A stretch of DNA of 64,000 nucleotides, from NCBI RefSeq assembly GCF_009914755.1, contig NC_060932.1. One strand, written 5' to 3'. This document shows positions 1-12,850 of the stretch, in pieces. The notes beneath the pieces are model-generated. The model was not told where the DNA came from. It ran no database searches and saw only the letters and a list, made by a program, of their open reading frames with translations. Both the position numbers and the translations under genes were made by a program. Position 1 is the stretch's first letter. Each line of letters starts with the position of its first letter. This stretch comes from the human T2T-CHM13v2.0 reference genome, Homo sapiens.

Positions 1-444
1 TTTATCAATAATTCAACCATTAACTGAACATGACATGCACACAAATATTAATGTTCATGACATTACACACTTGGTATCTCTTAAGACTGACATTAAACAA
101 CAAATCAATATGAAGAGGACTAAAAGGTCTCCCACTGTAGTTTCTATACAGTACTTCTCAAGAATTACCTATTCATTAATGATCTGGTATAATCTGTAAA
201 GTATTTTTCAAAAGTCGCAGAATGTCTATATTTAAATTTATAGAGGTCTTTTTACATTTTGTATCTATTGATTTGTTTGAGTCAGACTCAGAGGCTTTCA
301 AATATATAAACATATATGAACTTGTAGACATTGACATAAACATAGATCCATACACGCTCGCACACAAGATAGACACAGTCTATGCACACACACTTACTTC
401 GGTCATTCTTAAAGTAAGACCTGCACTCAGAGAAAAGGAGGTAC

Positions 445-651
445 CTGAGCTGAGAGCCTGGAAGGTACTGTGCTGGACTTGGGGACTCCTCACAGGCCCC
501 AACTGTCCTCCCAGGTTTCCTATCATTCCCTGGTTAGCCAGATTCATCTGGGAGCCATGCAAAGAGCTGTGAGAGAGGAGCTGTGACCCAACACTGGGGG
601 ACACTGGGGAGAAAGGACTGGTGAAAGGTGGTGGGGATCTAAGTCCAGTAC
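445..651 (-). CDS. NCOA2: Putative alternative 5' splice-site extension of exon 19 (207 nt, +69 aa)
   Basis: Frame stays open past the canonical donor ([15 protein letters not shown]...[11 protein letters not shown]) to a second donor TCAG|gtacct at 445/444, same phase, length divisible by 3. Confidence 0.7.
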
Positions 652-886
652 CGTAGTTTGGAGGAAATGGAAACTGCTGTGCATTTGCCTGGGGAATCCG
701 AGGGTTGCTCATAGTTGCTGGCATACCACTAGGAGCCACCATGCTTGGTGTCATATTCAACCCTTGTCCTCTCATCATCAAAGTTCGTTGCTGAACTTGC
801 TGTTGCTGATGCATTTGTCTCTGTCGAAGATGCTGGTTCAGGATTTCCCTCTGTCTCTGGGCCAGCATCTGTGCATTAATAGGTGC
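652..886 (-). CDS. NCOA2: NCOA2 exon 19 (235 nt), Q-rich region [10 protein letters not shown]...FPFPPNY
   Basis: Acceptor ttcag|GCACCT, donor TACG|gtactg; within ORF 380..1057. Confidence 0.96.
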
Positions 887-1100
887 CTGAAATCCGGGGC
901 AACACATGGAGGAAAATGTCGGGGACAGACATAGATTAAAAAACAAAGTGAGTATTATAGAGAGGCTAGCAAATGGTACTATCATCTGTAAAATTATTTG
1001 GAAAAAAATTACATGAAAGGAATGACTCAGAGTTGAACAACTAGTGATTGAGAACATGAGCTTCTAAGTTCTAAAGATATGATTATTCTGAAGCTTTGCT

Positions 1101-1111
1101 ATGACTCAGCA
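1101..1111 (+). promoter_or_regulatory. NF-E2/NRF2-sMAF (ARE) consensus motif
   Basis: ATGACTCAGCA; a second AP-1 core TGACTCA at 1023-1029. Motif match only. Confidence 0.4.
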
Positions 1112-1482
1112 GAGTTAAGTTTGATGCTAATATCAATTAAATCATTTTGTAAGGACACAATTAACTGAAGGATCTCAAAATAACACAGTCCTTTCTATAA
1201 GAAGACTGTAATATAAACCCTGAGGATGGTAGTTTAGAGTCTCATTCAAGTGACATTCAAGTCTATAGAGAAATAAAATCACTGGGACAAAAGGTGACGT
1301 GGTGCACTTCACAAAAGGCTGAGCAGAGGCAGGAGGAAAAGGGGAGAGCGAGGAGAGTGCCTGATAAGAACGCACAGAGACCGAGTCAGAGGTGGAGGGT
1401 GGAGAGGGAGGAAAGGCAGGATGGATGAAGGGAAGGGATCCCAGTGCTTGCTGTCAGTGAGAGGCATGAGGCTGCTAAGATA

Positions 1483-2080
1483 TCGTTGATCCTCATTTAT
1501 GAATTCCACATTTCTGAAGTTGCCTACTCAGTAAAATTTATTTGTAACCCCCAAATCAATACACATGCCACTGTCACAGTCATTCGTAGACATGAGCACA
1601 GTGGTAAAACATTTCAGATATGCAATGTGCACACTTCCAGCAGAGGTTGAACAAGGCAACACTTTGCCTTCTGGTTTCAGCTCTCATACTGTAAACTAGT
1701 GTCCTCTGTGATCTATTTGGTGCCAAGATTTTTGCATTTTTTGCTTTTCCTGTTGGTGATTTTGCTGCTTAAACTGGCTCCCAGGCATGGTGCTGCAGTG
1801 CTCTCTAGTGTTCCTAAGTGCAAGAGGCGGTGATGTGCCTTCTGGAGAAAACAGGTGTGCTAGATAAGCGCCATTCAGGCCTGAGTTACAGTGAGTTCTT
1901 TAAACAGAAACACACATAAAACAAGGTTATGTGTTGACTGGATGATGACAATGTTGTGACCAGAGGTCTGCAGGAACCCAACCCTGTATTCCTCCTAGGA
2001 ACGATAGTTGGCTGTTCTCTAATTCAGTGTTTGCAGTAACTTTATGTAGCACAACTTCTTAGAATAACAAGAATTGACTG
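1483..2080. mobile_element. Non-autonomous TcMar-Tigger DNA transposon fossil (MER82-like)
   Basis: Ends ..gttgatcctcatt.. and ..aataacaagaattgactg are degenerate terminal inverted repeats flanked by TA; internal sequence resembles MER82 as recalled. Confidence 0.75.
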
Positions 2081-2271
2081 TACCTGGCAATAAAAATGGC
2101 AGTGATTAGAAGGGAAAAATATAACACACTAGTAGGTAACTAGATGACAGTACAGGGCTAGTGTGCTGATCTGGATCCACGTCTACTAAGTTAACTTTCT
2201 TCAGAGAGGAAGAAATGACAAAAGCAGCTGCATGCATACAATGAAAGCTAATGGCTGGTATGTTGCCTTAC

Positions 2272-2349
2272 CTGTGTTGGTACTCCAGGCCTCAGAGTCA
2301 AGTTCACATTGGAAACATTGCTGATTTGATTCATAAGTGGCTGGCGATT
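2272..2349 (-). CDS. NCOA2: NCOA2 exon 18 (78 nt) NRQPLMNQ...RPGVPTQ
   Basis: Acceptor tatttag|AATCGC, donor ACAG|gtaagg; too short for the ORF track, read manually. Confidence 0.96.
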
Positions 2350-2540
2350 CTAAATACATACAAACAGGATGAATACATTTTAAGAACAGAATACATTTTA
2401 CTTTAAATCAAGTTTCCCAAGTAACTGCCCTCCCCAACCCAGTATCTGCACATTGTTGGACAGCTGTGCTGTCTCACATCATCTTCCCCATGTCCTCCAC
2501 CCAGCACCCCTGACTTCCCAGGTGCCATCGAAGAACAGAC

Positions 2541-2819
2541 CTGCTGTGCTTGGAGGCGATGCTGAAGTTGAAGTCTTAGTTGATTTGGCTGGTTCTGCAC
2601 TAGGCCCGTGGGCCTGAGGCCCGGTCTGGGCTGCATACGGAGTGTGGCATAACTAGGCCGCTGTCCCATGGTGTGAAAGTTTGGATCTTGCATGGGAGAA
2701 TAGCTACCCTGGGCCATTTGTGCCTGAGATGCATACTGCTGTGGGAAAACGGGCGCCTTCTGCTCCAGCATGATGTTGGAATCCTGACTTGAGAACTGTT
2801 CTGGATCTACTGCTTGGCT
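2541..2819 (-). CDS. NCOA2: NCOA2 exon 17 (279 nt) SQAVDPEQF...QHRLQAQQ
   Basis: Acceptor ctctccag|AGCCAA, donor CAG|gtctgt; ORF 2403..2837. Confidence 0.96.
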
Positions 2820-3516
2820 CTGGAGAGAAAGTCCCAAATAACAAACAAATAATTAAACCATAAAAACAGCAGAGTCAATATAAGGCTGTTTTCTCTCACT
2901 ATCATATATTTGAAGCTTTTTATACTTTTTAATATTATACTTACTACACAAAGGTACCTTTAGAGCTTGACTCCACTTGTCTTTCTAGAAAATGCTTCTG
3001 CTCACAGCTCTGGTTACACAAGGACAGAAGCCGGGGTCACACTGGACTCCCAGCAGCACTTCTTCCAAGGGAAGGGGAAAAATGGGTCAGGACTACAGAA
3101 TGCCTCCTACCCACTCCACCAATCATATTGGCCTGGACTTTCAGATGCAAATATCCCCTGGAAGTGTTAAGTTTTTGATTGATTATTCATATCTGTAGAG
3201 TTCATTTTAATTAGATAACCTCTTTGGCACCTGACTGGGATCAGCAGTGTGGGGTACTGACCATCATTATCCTGATTTTGTAGCTTAAAAAAATGAGACT
3301 TAAAGACATGAATTGAATTGCAATAAGCCCTATTCAGCTAGTACATGGTGGGGTCCAATTCAGTTTGTGATTTGGGATCTGAGCTCCTCACCAATGTGAT
3401 GCGCTGCCTATTATCTACTGCTTTCTGTGGCTGTCAGGATTTCCTACGTGCCCCACATTTTGCCATCATCCTCTCATTACCTACTAGACATGGTTTATGT
3501 GTCTGTCACTCCTGAC

Positions 3517-3808
3517 TTTTTTTTTTTGAGACGGAGTTTCGCTCTTGTTGCTCAGGCTGGAGTGCAATGTTGTGATCTCGGCTCACTGCAACCTTGCCTC
3601 CCAGGTTCAAGCAATTCTCCTGCCTCAGCCTCCCAAGTAGCTGGGATCACAGGCATGCGCCACCAAGCCCGGCTACTTTTGTATTTTTAGTGGAGACGGG
3701 GTTTCTCCATGTTGGTCAGGCTGGTCTCGAACTCCCAACCTCAGGTGATCTGCCCGTTTCAGCCTCCCAAAGTGCTGGGATTACAGGCGTGAGCCACCAC
3801 GCCCAGCC
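3517..3808 (-). mobile_element. Alu (AluS, Sp/Sq-like), full length
   Basis: poly-T then gagacggagtttcgctcttgttg...gtgagccaccacgcccagcc. Confidence 0.95.
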
Positions 3809-4949
3809 TCAAGTTTTCTTTAGCTCAGCGTTGTCCTAGGCCTTCTTGAAAACCATCTACCCATGTAGTGCTGGAGCCGCCCAGAGCCCTGAGCTCTGAT
3901 CAGCACAGCCCTAAGGCCAGCCTGTGACAGCCAGGAGCCCACTGCCCTCCCTATGGTAATTCTAAACACAGGGATGGAGCCTAAGCAGAGGAAACCACTC
4001 ATTGCTGAATTACTGCTCTAACTAAACACAAAAACATCTCAGAACTTTAACATGAATACGAATAATTTGTATTCTATACTTCCCTCAATTCTACCTAATA
4101 AACATATTTCTATAATTCAGTTTCATGACAATATTATAATGATGGTGGATTTGATGAGACAAAATAGAAATAACAGAAATGAGTGAAAAACGGACTAAAA
4201 ATATTAAAAGACATGACACCTGTTTTGATAACATTACAAGTCACTCAGCAACTCCACGGATCACATTTTAAAATGTCACTTAGATAAACTCAAGGATAAA
4301 ATAGTACTGAGGGCTGAATTCTAACTATCACTGAAGACAAAGCAAACCAGTCACACAGGAAATACTTAAACTCCATTTTCCTTTCTTATTTCAGGTTATA
4401 TCATGTAACCTCAAGTCATTTCTTTCCATTCTGCTGTTTTCAATATGAATTGGTAAGTCACAACTCCCACCTGTGTCTGCTCAACTGTGGGAATTATGAC
4501 AAGACTAATTTTAATGTTTCAGAGAAGTCTCCAATGACTCTGCATCATCTTTCTCTCAGAAAGATGATGACACATCATATGGCCAAGAAGTAGACTGGAC
4601 ACTGGCAGGTACTTTTTGGCAGTAAGAAATAAAGATGATTCATGCTAAGTAAGGAGGAAAACAGTAACTAGAACATGATGGTTTTTCTGGGTTACTCTTT
4701 ACACAGTAAGCCAGGCTGCACTGCTTCACACAAAGTTAGCTGTGCAGTCAGTTCAGATAGTGTTTTGTTCTTTCAAGGGACTATGTTAGGTTATTTACTA
4801 TATCATTGCTATCAGGTACTCTAAAAGCAGGGACTTCCTTTTTTATAGTAACCAACTAATTACTTGGAAGAAGAAAGCTAAATAAGCTCACTAAGATTAG
4901 TTAACTTTTTTATATTCCCATTTACGCTTAAACATCCCCAAAATTATGG

Positions 4950-5147
4950 TGGGCTAAACCATAAGTGAAAGGAACTGTAGCTAGGACTATAGGTGTGTGC
5001 CACCACAACTGGCTGTGACATTTTATTTTTTTTTTGGTAAAGACAGGGTTTCATTATGTTGCCCAGGCTAGAGTGCAGTAGCTTTTCACAGGCACAGTCA
5101 GTGCACACTACATCCTTGAACTCCTGGGCTAAACCATAAGTGAAAGG
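4950..5147. repeat. Alu-fragment copy (4977-5133) between 23-bp direct repeats (4950-4972, 5125-5147)
   Basis: tgggctaaaccataagtgaaagg occurs twice; the insert matches 6997-7157 closely. Confidence 0.92.
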
Positions 5148-5675
5148 TTTAACCCGCCATTTTTAAAGGTAAAAATGATGAAAGAGTTGCAGCTACCTGT
5201 AAAATGACTTCTGCTAACTTATGTGGAAAGTATTCTTTTAGCACAAACAGCTTCCTATCACCAGCCCACAGGTGTGAAATGAATACTGGGGTCACGACTA
5301 CACTCACACCAACTTCCAGGGGGAAGCGTTCTAGGTCACAAGGCAGCAATGTGCTGTTTGTGGTTTCTCTGTATCTTGTGTGTCCTTCCCTATCAGCAAG
5401 GGCGGACACCAGGTGAAATGGACTTGAGTTTGTGTCTTTCTGCTAACTTGAACTGTATGCAATGCTCATTTTCAGTGCTCTCCATTCTCAGGCAAAAGTT
5501 TATGTGAGGGTTACAAGGAAAGGGGAGGAAGAAACAGGGCCAGCCTGTTTTGAGGTAAAAAAAACAACAACAATATATTCTAAAAAGCAGACCGTGGAGT
5601 ACCTGTAAACAGAAAATGGACACCTCTGCGCCCATGAGAGCGCTTGGCCCCCACCTGCTGCCCTTCCGCGCATAC

Positions 5676-5841
5676 CTGGCTGACCAGTTCGGGTATTCCT
5701 AAGGCTCTATCAATCTCCTCCAGGCCATCAAAATTCCGCAAGGCCAGATACAGCTGGTCCAGGAGAGCTCCCTCATCACTCGGAGACTCAGCTGCAGGAT
5801 GTGGACATAGCAAGTCATCTGGAGAACTGCCAAATGGCTGC
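5676..5841 (-). CDS. NCOA2: NCOA2 exon 16 (166 nt), AD1/CBP-p300 interaction region QPFGSSPDD...LLDQL...IPELVSQ
   Basis: Acceptor tttacag|GCAGCC, donor CAG|gtatgc; ORF 5580..5813. Confidence 0.97.
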
Positions 5842-6414
5842 CTGTAAAGACAGAAATGTCACCTTGGGCCAATGGAAAAGCTAGTTGATTAGAGAACAAA
5901 TTCTTTATCTCAAAGGTGAAAGTATCAATTGACTTCCAGGGTTGTTGCAACAAACTACTGTACCAACTCAACACAGAACAAAAGGACAGTCTGAAATATT
6001 CGATACACTTTATTCAGTGCCCAATACAGGCCAGGCACAAATCTAGACATTTAAGGTATGATTTTTATTTCTATTGGTCCCACTTCACGGCTGGCAAAGC
6101 TGAGGCTTAGTGAGGTGAGGTCCACATGGATCTGTGTGAGTCCAGGGCTCACCAACCTACACCGACTGCTCAAGCATGTAAATATTTACTTGGCATTGAA
6201 GGAACCAAAGGACTTTTCTGCCCTTTAGTAGGAATCACGGATTGACTTAAGATTCTTAGTTAGAAGCTGTGATGACCCACCTGGGAGAAATGAGAGAACT
6301 AGAGGCATCAGAGCTGCATTAACTTTCTTGAACTCAGCTGCAGCTAGATTAAATTTGGCTGGGTTGATAGGAAATTTCTTAGTCATGCACAAGCAGGCCT
6401 GGAAAACATTTATT

Positions 6415-6704
6415 TTTCTCTGAGACAGGGTCTCACTTCATTGCCCAGGCTGGAGTGCAGTGGTGTGATCATGGCTCACAGCAGCCTCAACCTCCCGGGC
6501 TTAGGTGATCCTCCTACCTCAGCATCCAAGTAGCTGGGACTATAGGCACGCGCCACCACGCCTGGCTAATTTTTTGTATTTTTTTGTAGAGATGGCGTTT
6601 CGCCATGTTACCCACACTGGTCTTGAACTCCTGAGCTCAAGCGATCCACCCACTTCGGTCTCCCTAAGTGCTGGGATAACAGGCGTGAGCTACCACACCT
6701 GGCC
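6415..6704 (-). mobile_element. Alu (AluJ-like) with target-site duplication
   Basis: Alu consensus; gaaaacatttatt on both sides. Confidence 0.93.
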
Positions 6705-6910
6705 TGAAAACATTTATTAAAACCCTCAAGAAGTGTATCTGTTAGCCTTCCTGCATTAGGTACATAAGGAAAGTGGATCATCAACATGCAAATTATATTT
6801 GTTATTATATAAGATAATTGGTGATGAAATCAGAACACTAAACTCTAAATTACATGGTACATACAACTCCTATACATTTAAATTAATTGTCAGATTAGAG
6901 TAGAGGAGGG

Positions 6911-6940
6911 GTGTGTGTGTGTGTGTGTGTGTATGTGTGT
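6911..6940. repeat. (GT)n microsatellite
   Basis: About 15 GT units with one interruption. Confidence 0.95.
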
Positions 6941-7362
6941 AGTGATGCCATCATGGCTCACTGGGCTCAGGTGATCCTCTGGCCTCACCCTCCTGAGTAG
7001 CTAGGACTATAGGTGTGTGCCACCACAACTGGCTGCTACTTTTTTTTTTTTTTTTTTTTGGTAAAGACAGGGTTTCATTATGTTGCCCAGGCTGGAGTGC
7101 AGTAGCTTTTCACAGGCACAATCATTGCACACTACATCCTTGAACTCCTGGGCTAAAGGAATCCTTCTACCTCAGCCTCCTGAGTAGCTGGGACTACAGA
7201 TTTGATGTGTACCACCACGCTTGGCTAATTTTTGTACATTTTTTGTAGAGACAGGGTCTTGCTACATTGCCCAGGCTGGTCTCGAACTCCTGGACTCAAG
7301 CAATCCTCCCACCTTGGCCTCCCAAGTGCTGGGATAACAGGCGTGAGCCACCACATCTAGCC
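6941..7362 (-). mobile_element. Composite of an Alu right-arm fragment and a full AluJ-like element
   Basis: Partial arm 6941-7035, poly-T, then dimeric Alu to 7362; tagaggagg flanks both sides of the block. Confidence 0.88.
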
Positions 7363-9930
7363 TAGAGGAGGCTTTTAAAAAAGAGCTTCTGAGTTGCCTG
7401 AATACTAAAAGGGAAAATGGTATTTGTACTTTACCAAAAGTCTATTTTGTACTCTTAGAGTCACTACATGATGTTTTGGAGAAAATAAACATTTACAGAT
7501 TAAAAAACAAACAAAAAGTTTATAGATGAGCAAACTCATTCTTAAGCAAGTCAGAATAAACTTATCAAGAAATGAAGTTACCTATGAACACAGTTCAATA
7601 TGCCATGTGGTTTTTAAATGCTCTAATATGCTATTTTGGCTTAGAATTCTGAAATACTGAAGTGCTAGCACTGAAACCAACAATTAATTTCAAATGTTCA
7701 TAAAGGAATGCATTAATAACAACCTATTCTCTCCACTCACCTCTAGTAACTTGGAAATTGTCCAGCTGAGGGTCCCTTGAGGCCACGCGTCACCTGCTTC
7801 CCCGACTTCCTCACTGCAGGAGCTCCTTGCATTTCTAAGGGACCCACCCAGACCCCTGAGAGGCAGGTGCTCTTCCCACTCCCGCCCCTTTCTGCCCCTT
7901 TCTTGTCACTACTGGGCTTCACAAAGTCACACATGCTGGGAGCTTGCTGGCTCCTTCCTCCTGCTTCTTCTCCACAGCCCACACTCTCCTAGAACTTTCT
8001 TTAAACCAAATGTGATCAGACTGCTCCACTACTGCTACACTTAGGGAGCGGGAGGAAGAAGCAGATGCAGAAAAGCAGTCAGGAGAGGGAGAAACCACTG
8101 GACTGTCTGCCATGATAGCAAAGAGAGGAGATTCCTCAATGAGGAGGGGCCAACAAACATGGATATGGCAGGAGTTCCATGAAAGAGTTCAAGTCAGTCA
8201 AGAGTAATGTCAGCTATTTACCAAATTCTCCTAGGCAGCTACCTCATTCCCTAAAAATGCTAGTTAAGTTAGGCATTAAAGGATTTTCTTTACCTAGATT
8301 TTGTCATTTTCAACTTGTTTCTTTGGAAGCTGCATTCATATGCAACCCTCCCGTCCCAGATGTATTCAGTGATGGCAGGTTCGTGTGAAATCTAATGCGT
8401 GCAGGCTGTACAAGCAGACTTCTCAGCCTCACATCTGGCGGAAACCCACTGTCAGGAGGAGGCAGGCACTGTCTCGTGCCTTTGTAAGACCACTCCACCT
8501 TGACAGATCAGCAATACAGCCAAATGCTTAATAACAAACAACTAAAACAATCATTTGAATTTAAACAATTTCCTACATCATAAAATCACTTTTTGTTACA
8601 TGCTTTTCTTTTTTAATTTAAAAAACCCCAAATAAATGCAGAGATTAAAAAGTTAAACAGTGCCTCCAGACCGTCCCACTTTGGTCAAGGCCCTCTTCAA
8701 CACAAGTTGGGACTCTCGGGACACTTTCCCAACAACTTTCCTGCTTGCATGGTATCTCTAATTCTAATATGATGCTCTCAGGTTCCCATTCCCAAAGCAC
8801 ACTTTACAGAGCAAACAGGCCCTACTCAGAATTCTTATGTGGTTCTTCAGCTCTCCCAGGAAAACGCCCCTGGAATAGGGTGGTAGTGGTGGTGGGTAAC
8901 GCCTAACCTTCCCAAACTTAATGTTCATGCCTTCCCTGTGAGCTCCAGCTACCACGGGCAGCTGATCTTTCTCCAAAAGATGCTACACATACCACCAGAA
9001 AACCAATACCTTGACATTTACCCCATCCTTCCCACGCTCTTCTCCAGCTGAGGGTCTACTTTCCATTGGGGTGCCACCCATCTCCTCATAGACTGCCCCG
9101 CTTTCTCCTCTCAGCATTAAACCACTTACTGTGCTATGCTGAATTGATACTAACAATTTATGTTAAAAACGCAACTTCACACCATGCTCACACGGGGCAA
9201 GCATTGCATCCTCTACCTCTTTTTGGCCCAGTGCTTGAACATAAACACAGTATAGGTGCAGTAAGTTTCTAGTGGATGAAAACAAAAGGTTCCTGATTTG
9301 GCTGAGCTACAATACATTAAAAACCACTTTTATATTCAGAAATACATACTGCCTTGTGGCTTGGTGTTATAAATTTGGGCATGAGTGATATCACTTCCCT
9401 TAGAGATGTCATAATATGCTTGCTTACAGAAAAAACACTGATCCAGACTCCCAATCTGAACTTTATAAATGGCCACTAACACAATGAAGAAATTATTTTC
9501 CTATGTTTTGGGCAATTACATATAGTTACAACCTAGTTAGCATCTGACAGATAAATATAATATTAAGACGAGAATAGAATTCAGGGTAATAAAGGGAAAA
9601 ACACACACAGGCCCCAGGCTGGTGCAAAATAATAACTAATAAACAAGCAGAGAGAGATCCATAATCAATGGAAATCCCATACCTTAAAGTCTACATGTTT
9701 ATTTATGGACTAGTAGGTCATTAAGTACGGGACTAAGAAGGAGAATTAGGTCAAATTCTCAGCACTTGATTGAGAAACCATAACATTACCATTTCTTCAC
9801 TTTTCAAAAGTATTTTCAAAATTCTGCAAAAAAGCAGCAGCTACTGAATGATGAGAAATAGTCAACAAAAGAAACCTTACTTAGAGATACATTTCAAACA
9901 GGGGAAAATCAAATTAAAATTGTGAACTTA

Positions 9931-10283
<353 letters not shown>

Positions 10284-10848
10284 TCAAGAGAAAACCCCTT
10301 TAATAAAACCAACAGATATCTTTAAAAAGTCATCTATAAATTTTTGGCTATATTATAAAGATCTCTTTTATATACCAGATGAATGAAGGAAAAAAAAAAA
10401 AACCCAAAAACCCATAATGGAACTAAAAGTGGAAATTAGCTATAAATACATGAATATGTGAATGTTACAGATTTAAGGGCTAAACTACTATCTTTTTGAA
10501 ATGTATACATAAACTGATGCTGGATTCATAAAACGTTAAAAAACCTGGTTCCTAAATATTAACTGTGATGCTTATAAAGGGGATTTTTAAAAAGCACTGC
10601 TCTTCTTTTATTTCAAAAGAGAGACATGGTTAGAAACTTTATTACCCATTACTTCTGATTTTCTATGACAGTAAGATTACCATAAAGCTGGTTCTAAGTT
10701 TCTTCCACACTGAATTATTTAAAATAAAAATGTGAGAGTGGCTAGAAAAACTGAAATAACTTTAAACGTAATGAAAATGTTTTGTCCACACATTGCTTAT
10801 GCAAAAAACCTAACTGATGGTAACAGAAACAACAACATGCTAGGGCAG

Positions 10849-10859
10849 TGCTGAGTCAC
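10849..10859 (-). promoter_or_regulatory. NF-E2/NRF2-sMAF (ARE) consensus motif
   Basis: tgctgagtcac = GTGACTCAGCA on the minus strand. Motif match only. Confidence 0.4.
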
Positions 10860-10882
10860 AGACACTTGCACAGCAAACTTAA

Positions 10883-11180
<298 letters not shown>

Positions 11181-12041
11181 TCCATTTTTGTTTTAAGAGA
11201 ACTCTCCTCCTGTTTGGGCAACACTAAAAATCCTAATTTTGGGTCTAGTTCTTCCTAAAAACTAATCTTTGACATTTCATCCAAAAACAACTAACAGGTG
11301 GTGGATTTAATTATTATACATTTGTCCTGTGTTATATTCAAGTTTCCATGGAAATGGGTGGGTTTCTAACATATCAAATAAACGTATCTAGAAATAGCCT
11401 ACCATTCACTGATGTCATGAAACAAGAATCAAAGAACAAGATGGACTGTGAGAAACCACCACCTCCAAGTATGACAGCAGCTCCAAGTGCGACAGCAATG
11501 GCTATCTACCTGGGGCATGCTTCCCTGTCTACACAGTGTGCGCCTACCACTGCCCTTGGCAGCCAGTTTGGGACGAGCCACACCGCCTGCCTGAGGTTCT
11601 TCCTCTGTCACCCACTGCCTCAATTCTACTCACAGCAATCCTTACTCTGGCCCTGTGATATGCAGCTTTTACCAGCTGGACTGGCTTCCTGTCATCTCTG
11701 CCATCTGAAATGAGACCTTTTCTTCAAGATTCTGAAGGCTTCTCCAAGCATCCTGGTTGGATGATCTTCTGAAACATGGCTTATGATTTTTATACCACAC
11801 ACTACCTCAATATTACAGTTATCAGCATACATATGTTATTTTCCATTTAATTTGTAACTCCTTTAAAGGTATGTCCTAGGTCATACTGATTTCTGGATTC
11901 ACCCCTCCTCTTCATGCACTGCACAGTAGATAATATAGTACCAATAAATGAAAACTGGTCAGGCACCGACTACTCCAAAGGAAAAGATTAATTTCTGGAC
12001 AGGTATAAAATAACTGGCTACCCTAGGTGCTCAGGACTCAC

Positions 12042-12171
12042 CTGTTTTGGCTGGCAAAAGACGCCTGGTCTATAGGCAGGATGCTTTCAGGCCATGGGGC
12101 AGTCTGATTTGGAGGAGCTTGTTGTTGGCTATACTGAGGTCCCCCCATGTTCATCTCTAATTCAGATGGCC
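12042..12171 (-). CDS. NCOA2: NCOA2 exon 15 (130 nt) [10 protein letters not shown]...ASFASQN
   Basis: Acceptor tttctag|GGCCAT, donor ACAG|gtgagt; read manually, not in ORF track. Confidence 0.96.
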
Positions 12172-12378
12172 CTAGAAAGGGAGAAGAAAAAAATCTTACA
12201 TCTTTAATCAAGGAAGCATTTATTTCTGCTATGTAATATAAAGTGAAATGTCTGGTTTATGAAAAAGGGAAAACACAGAAGCAGTAATAATTAACTAGGT
12301 GAATATAAGAAGATAAAATTCTGATTCTGAAATAGAAGTCAATAAATATGAAAGCCATTTCAGAGAATATCTAGACAA

Positions 12379-12850
12379 GCAGTTCTAAACCTTTAGCATT
12401 TAAGACTTTAAATACTCAAAAAAGTTTTTATTCATGTGCGTTATATCTTACTGATATTTACTGTACTGGAAATTGAAATTGAGAAACAGAAAAAAGTGTA
12501 GATTCATTTAAAAATCACAATAAATGAATTATATGTTAAAAGATTTTTTTCTAGATCCAAGTAAGTGGAAGAAATAAGATTTTTGATTGCAAAATTAAAA
12601 AATTCTTTTATTGGCATCGTTTTACATTTCTGCAAATAGCTTTAATGCCTGGGTTAATGGAATAGAGTGAAATCCTCTGTTTTCGCATTTCATCTTCTGT
12701 GATATCATATAGCATGTAAAATTTCTGGAAAACTCTACCATAACGCTTGGGCGATAATAAGAGTGAAGAAGCCAACAGTGTTTTAGGATTAGTATGAAAA
12801 TAGTTTTGGCCTTGCAGACTCTCTGACTGGGAATCAGGGTGCTGCACCAT
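12379..12850. mobile_element. Old hAT-Charlie DNA transposon fragments
   Basis: Minus strand ..caaaactattttcatactaatcctaaaa..gagttttccagaa..gcattaaagctatttgcagaaatgtaaaacgatgcc resembles the Charlie1 end as recalled. Confidence 0.55.
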
